IMG/VR virus record: IMGVR_UViG_3300012943_000046
Coordinates: 1 to 38,244 of that record
DNA from: a virus
Taxonomy: Duplodnaviria; Caudoviricetes
Length of the DNA: 38,244 nucleotides
Strand: one strand, 5' to 3'
Part shown: in pieces, positions 35,597-38,244 of the stretch
Numbering within the stretch: the first letter of the stretch is position 1
How the letters are laid out: each line of letters begins with the position of its first letter
Notes under the pieces: model-generated
Told to the model about the DNA's origin: nothing
Databases searched by the model: none
What the model saw: only the letters and a program-made list of their open reading frames with translations
Position numbers and translations under genes: made by a program

Positions 35597-35645
35597 CTAT
35601 TATCAAACGTACTGGAATTATAACTAAACCCCGCCGGAAGTTACA
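35597..35645. mobile_element. putative right end (attR-like) of the prophage
   Basis: AT-rich; CTATTATCAAAC and TTATAACTAAAC 21 bp apart; terminal TTACA (5'-TGTAA on - strand). Confidence 0.6.
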
Positions 35646-35662
35646 TCGGTCCTGGTGCATCC

Positions 35663-35692
35663 ATCCGTGGCAATCCGTGAAATCCGTGGTTA
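35663..35692 (+). repeat. host short tandem repeat ATCCGTG x3
   Basis: ATCCGTGGCA ATCCGTGAA ATCCGTGGTT. Confidence 0.7.
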
Positions 35693-35994
35693 AAAAGCGA
35701 CCCAGCCGGAGTCGCGCCTACGTCTATATCCTCCGCTGCGGGGATGATTCGCTCTACACCGGCACGGCGCGCGATATCGCCGCGCGGCTCGCGTTGCACG
35801 CCGCGGGGAAGGGCGCCAAGTACACCCGCTCCCGCGGCCCGCTCACTCTGGTGTGTCAGGAAGGGCCGATGACCGTCGGCCGCGCGCTCCGGCGCGAGCA
35901 CCAGTTGAAGCAACTCACGCGGCCACAGAAAGAGGCGTTCGTGGCCGGTAAGCTGATCGTAGTTTTGCCGCGACGGCGGAAGCAGAGGAAGTAG
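35677..35994 (+). CDS. GIY-YIG nuclease family protein (YhbQ/UPF0213-like), host gene
   Basis: YVYILRCGDDSLYTG...RLALH...GKGAKYTRSRGP...ALRREHQLK. Confidence 0.92.
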   Translation: MKSVVKKRPSRSRAYVYILRCGDDSLYTGTARDIAARLALHAAGKGAKYTRSRGPLTLVCQEGPMTVGRALRREHQLKQLTRPQKEAFVAGKLIVVLPRRRKQRK

Positions 35995-36051
35995 CTGGTC
36001 GTTGTATGGGGTGGTTCGGTCCGCACCTAAATACCAACGACCAATTACCAA

Positions 36052-38244
36052 CTACTCTGCCGGCACATCGATCACCTGTTGCCCGCCGCGGAGGACATAA
36101 GTCTTTCCCTGCCAGACAAACTCCCCGCCGATCTCGGCAGGCAGCGTGATCTCCGCCTTCACGCCGGCGCCCACGCGCTGGATCTTCGCGACGATCTCGC
36201 CTTTCGGGTGCGGCACCTTGCCTTCGACGTGCTGCAGCGAACCGAGGTGGGGCTCGATTCGCACGGTGGCGAATCCGGCCGAAGCCGGTTCGATGCCGCA
36301 CACCGTCGCGAGTAATTCATACAGCGGCGAGGCGCTCCATGCGTGGCAGTCGGAACGCGCGCCGTGGAAAATCTCGGGGAACGTGGTGTAGCCTTCTGTC
36401 ACCATACGGTGCCACGGGGCGAGGCGTGTCACGTATTCGTCACCAAGCCCCGCGTGCTTCATGGCGCGCAGGAGATAGAAGCTGAAGTAGGCGCTCGCCT
36501 GCACCAGTGAAGTGTCGTCGGCCACACGTTGGATCAGGTCGCGGGCCGCGGCACCGTCGATGGCGCCGGACAGCACGGCAAAAACGTTGGTGTGCTGGCT
36601 GAAGTTTTTCTTGGCCGGCGTATCGGCGAACAACTTGCGTTCCGCGTCCCAGCACCGTGCTTTCACAGCGTTCCTGAGCCGAGCCGCGAGTTGCGCATAG
36701 TGCGCGGCTTCATCGTGCAGCTCGAACGCATCGTAGAGCTCCGCGGCATGCTGGAGCGTGTAAGCCAGTTGCAGCGTGATCGTCGCCGAACCGCCCTCGC
36801 GTCCGCCGGGGGGTACGCCACCGAGCCCGAGCCGGGGATCGACCGGCCAGAGACGGTCCTGACTCCAATCCACGAACGGCCAGTAGGGCAGGGCGCCGAG
36901 CAGACCGGTTTGCGGATCGAGATGGCGCTCGTACCACGCGAGCACATCGTGCACGCCCGGCAGGCGGGCGCGGACGAACTCGGTGTCCGGCCGGTGGCGC
37001 CAGTAGTCGTGGATCATGTCGATCCAGAACAGAGAGAAGGTCGGAATGAGCTGCGCGCTGGCCGACGGATACCGGCTTTGCGTGATGCCCTCGGGCAGGC
37101 GCGAACGGTCGTAGAGTTCGATCGCGTTCCGCACCAGACGGTCGTCCCCGGCGACGTAGAAGGAGATCAGGCTCTGGATGCGCGTGTCGCCGACGTACTG
37201 CAGTTGCTCGTAATAGGGACAATCGAAGTACGTTTCGCCCGCGCACAGGCGCGCGGTGCGCCAGCCGATTTCCCAGAGTTTCGTCAGGCGCGGATCGTCG
37301 CTGCTGAAGGAACCCTTTTCGGTGAACGGGTAGCCGGTGAATACCCCGAAGAGGTTCTGCACCGTCAGCGGCTCGGCGCCGGTCTCGATCTGCAACTCGA
37401 GGAAGCGGAACGTGCGCCAGTCGTCGGAGGCGAAGAGCCGGTCGGTCCCGCCGTCGGGCAGAAACTCGTCGCCCATGCCCACCAGCTGGCGCCCCTCGAT
37501 GTCGTTGCGATTGCCCTTCTTCATTTTCTCGTCGACCAACGCCTCGGCATAGTTGAGCCGCACGCGCGCGCCCTTGCCGCCGGAGACGGTGAGCTGCGGG
37601 TAAGCATTGGTGAGATAGCCTTGGTCGAGCAGCACGCTGGCCTTGCTGTTGGCCGGCACGGTGAACGGCGCCAGGCCGGGGGCGAAAGTGGGGCTCAACG
37701 TTACGCCTTCGGAGCGACGCACGCCCGGCGGGGGCAGGGGCTTCATCTCCATCAGCGGCGTGGTGCGCGGGCTCAGCCACTGTCCGTCCTCGGCGCCCCA
37801 GCCCTCGGGCAGACCGACCCCGGTGCGCTTGGGCGTGTGCCACGCGCGGTCGTCGAACGCGGCCGTTTCCCAGCCCCACGGATGTTGGGTGCCATCGTGC
37901 GTCTCGCCGGGTCCGAGCGCGAAGTAAGTGTGCAGCTTGGCGCGATCGTCGGTGAAGGGACGAGTGGAAGTATCCGGCCAGACTTTCCACGTGTCGCCCG
38001 TATCGACGATACGTTCCGTTGCCGTGTCTCCCTGGAGAATAAACCCGAGCCGACGGCCCATGCTGGCGAGCGGTCCGCCGTCGCCATAGCTGCGCACCCG
38101 CGCGGCGATGACGTTGGGGCCGGCCTGCAGCCAGGGCGCGAGATCGATGCTCTCGTAGCGCCACGAGGGAGCTGCGCCCCACTGGGGACCGGACGCGACG
38201 ACCTGGCCGTTCACCTTCAGCAGGTAACGGGCGTCGCCGCTGAC
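36052..38244 (-). CDS. alpha-L-rhamnosidase (GH78), host gene; 5' end beyond window
   Basis: DCPYYEQLQYVGD, FVDW, SDCHAWSASP; frame stays open to 38244 (VSGDARYLLKVNG). Confidence 0.93.
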   Translation of the reverse strand, partial: VSGDARYLLKVNGQVVASGPQWGAAPSWRYESIDLAPWLQAGPNVIAARVRSYGDGGPLASMGRRLGFILQGDTATERIVDTGDTWKVWPDTSTRPFTDDRAKLHTYFALGPGETHDGTQHPWGWETAAFDDRAWHTPKRTGVGLPEGWGAEDGQWLSPRTTPLMEMKPLPPPGVRRSEGVTLSPTFAPGLAPFTVPANSKASVLLDQGYLTNAYPQLTVSGGKGARVRLNYAEALVDEKMKKGNRNDIEGRQLVGMGDEFLPDGGTDRLFASDDWRTFRFLELQIETGAEPLTVQNLFGVFTGYPFTEKGSFSSDDPRLTKLWEIGWRTARLCAGETYFDCPYYEQLQYVGDTRIQSLISFYVAGDDRLVRNAIELYDRSRLPEGITQSRYPSASAQLIPTFSLFWIDMIHDYWRHRPDTEFVRARLPGVHDVLAWYERHLDPQTGLLGALPYWPFVDWSQDRLWPVDPRLGLGGVPPGGREGGSATITLQLAYTLQHAAELYDAFELHDEAAHYAQLAARLRNAVKARCWDAERKLFADTPAKKNFSQHTNVFAVLSGAIDGAAARDLIQRVADDTSLVQASAYFSFYLLRAMKHAGLGDEYVTRLAPWHRMVTEGYTTFPEIFHGARSDCHAWSASPLYELLATVCGIEPASAGFATVRIEPHLGSLQHVEGKVPHPKGEIVAKIQRVGAGVKAEITLPAEIGGEFVWQGKTYVLRGGQQVIDVPAE

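Larger units (their letters stand above)
1..35645. mobile_element. Mu-like transposable prophage (divergent B3/BcepMu-type layout, siphovirus-type tail); left end outside window
   Basis: MuA/MuB/Gam/Ner-like early genes, DUF935-type portal, Mu I-type protease, gp36/F/G-like genes; AT-rich terminus ending ...GAAGTTACA at 35645, followed by host-type genes. Confidence 0.93.

Noticed and set aside
28345-35645. Invertible tail-fibre segment (gin) or diversity-generating retroelement
   Set aside because: No invertase, reverse transcriptase, long inverted repeats or TR/VR pair; the duplication in 33311-35125 is diverged at protein level and not adenine-specific
35677-35994. GIY-YIG gene as a phage homing endonuclease
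   Set aside because: Short stand-alone YhbQ-type protein outside the proposed end, preceded by host-type repeats

Overview
About 35.6 kb of this window is the right-hand part of a transposable (Mu-like) prophage in a high-GC bacterium. The host is plausibly Verrucomicrobia/Opitutaceae, inferred from protein families and host repeats and not proven. The layout is divergent, as in B3/BcepMu. An early operon runs leftward on the - strand: Ner/Cro-like HTH, DUF3102-like, MuA-like DDE transposase, MuB-like ATPase, Gam, then Ig-domain, ASCH-like, DUF6884 and DUF5131 genes, truncated at the left edge. A repressor sits at 9.5 kb. A late operon runs rightward: putative lysis block, terminases, portal, protease/scaffold, decoration, capsid, neck genes and a sheath-less tail. 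The prophage appears to end at ...TTACA 35645, followed by host GIY-YIG and GH78 alpha-L-rhamnosidase genes. The most notable feature is the last phage gene, a clear Erv1/ALR-family FAD sulfhydryl oxidase translationally coupled to a 19-Cys tail-tip protein, which suggests a phage-encoded cytoplasmic disulfide-bond pathway. Also notable are two glycosyltransferases inside the head-neck operon, a recurrent L-[AGV]-N-E motif across the head proteins, signal peptides on tail-fibre proteins, a lambda-GpA-type terminase in a Mu-like phage, and a hairpin-dense segment upstream of the terminases. All family assignments come from motif recognition by eye; no database search was run.
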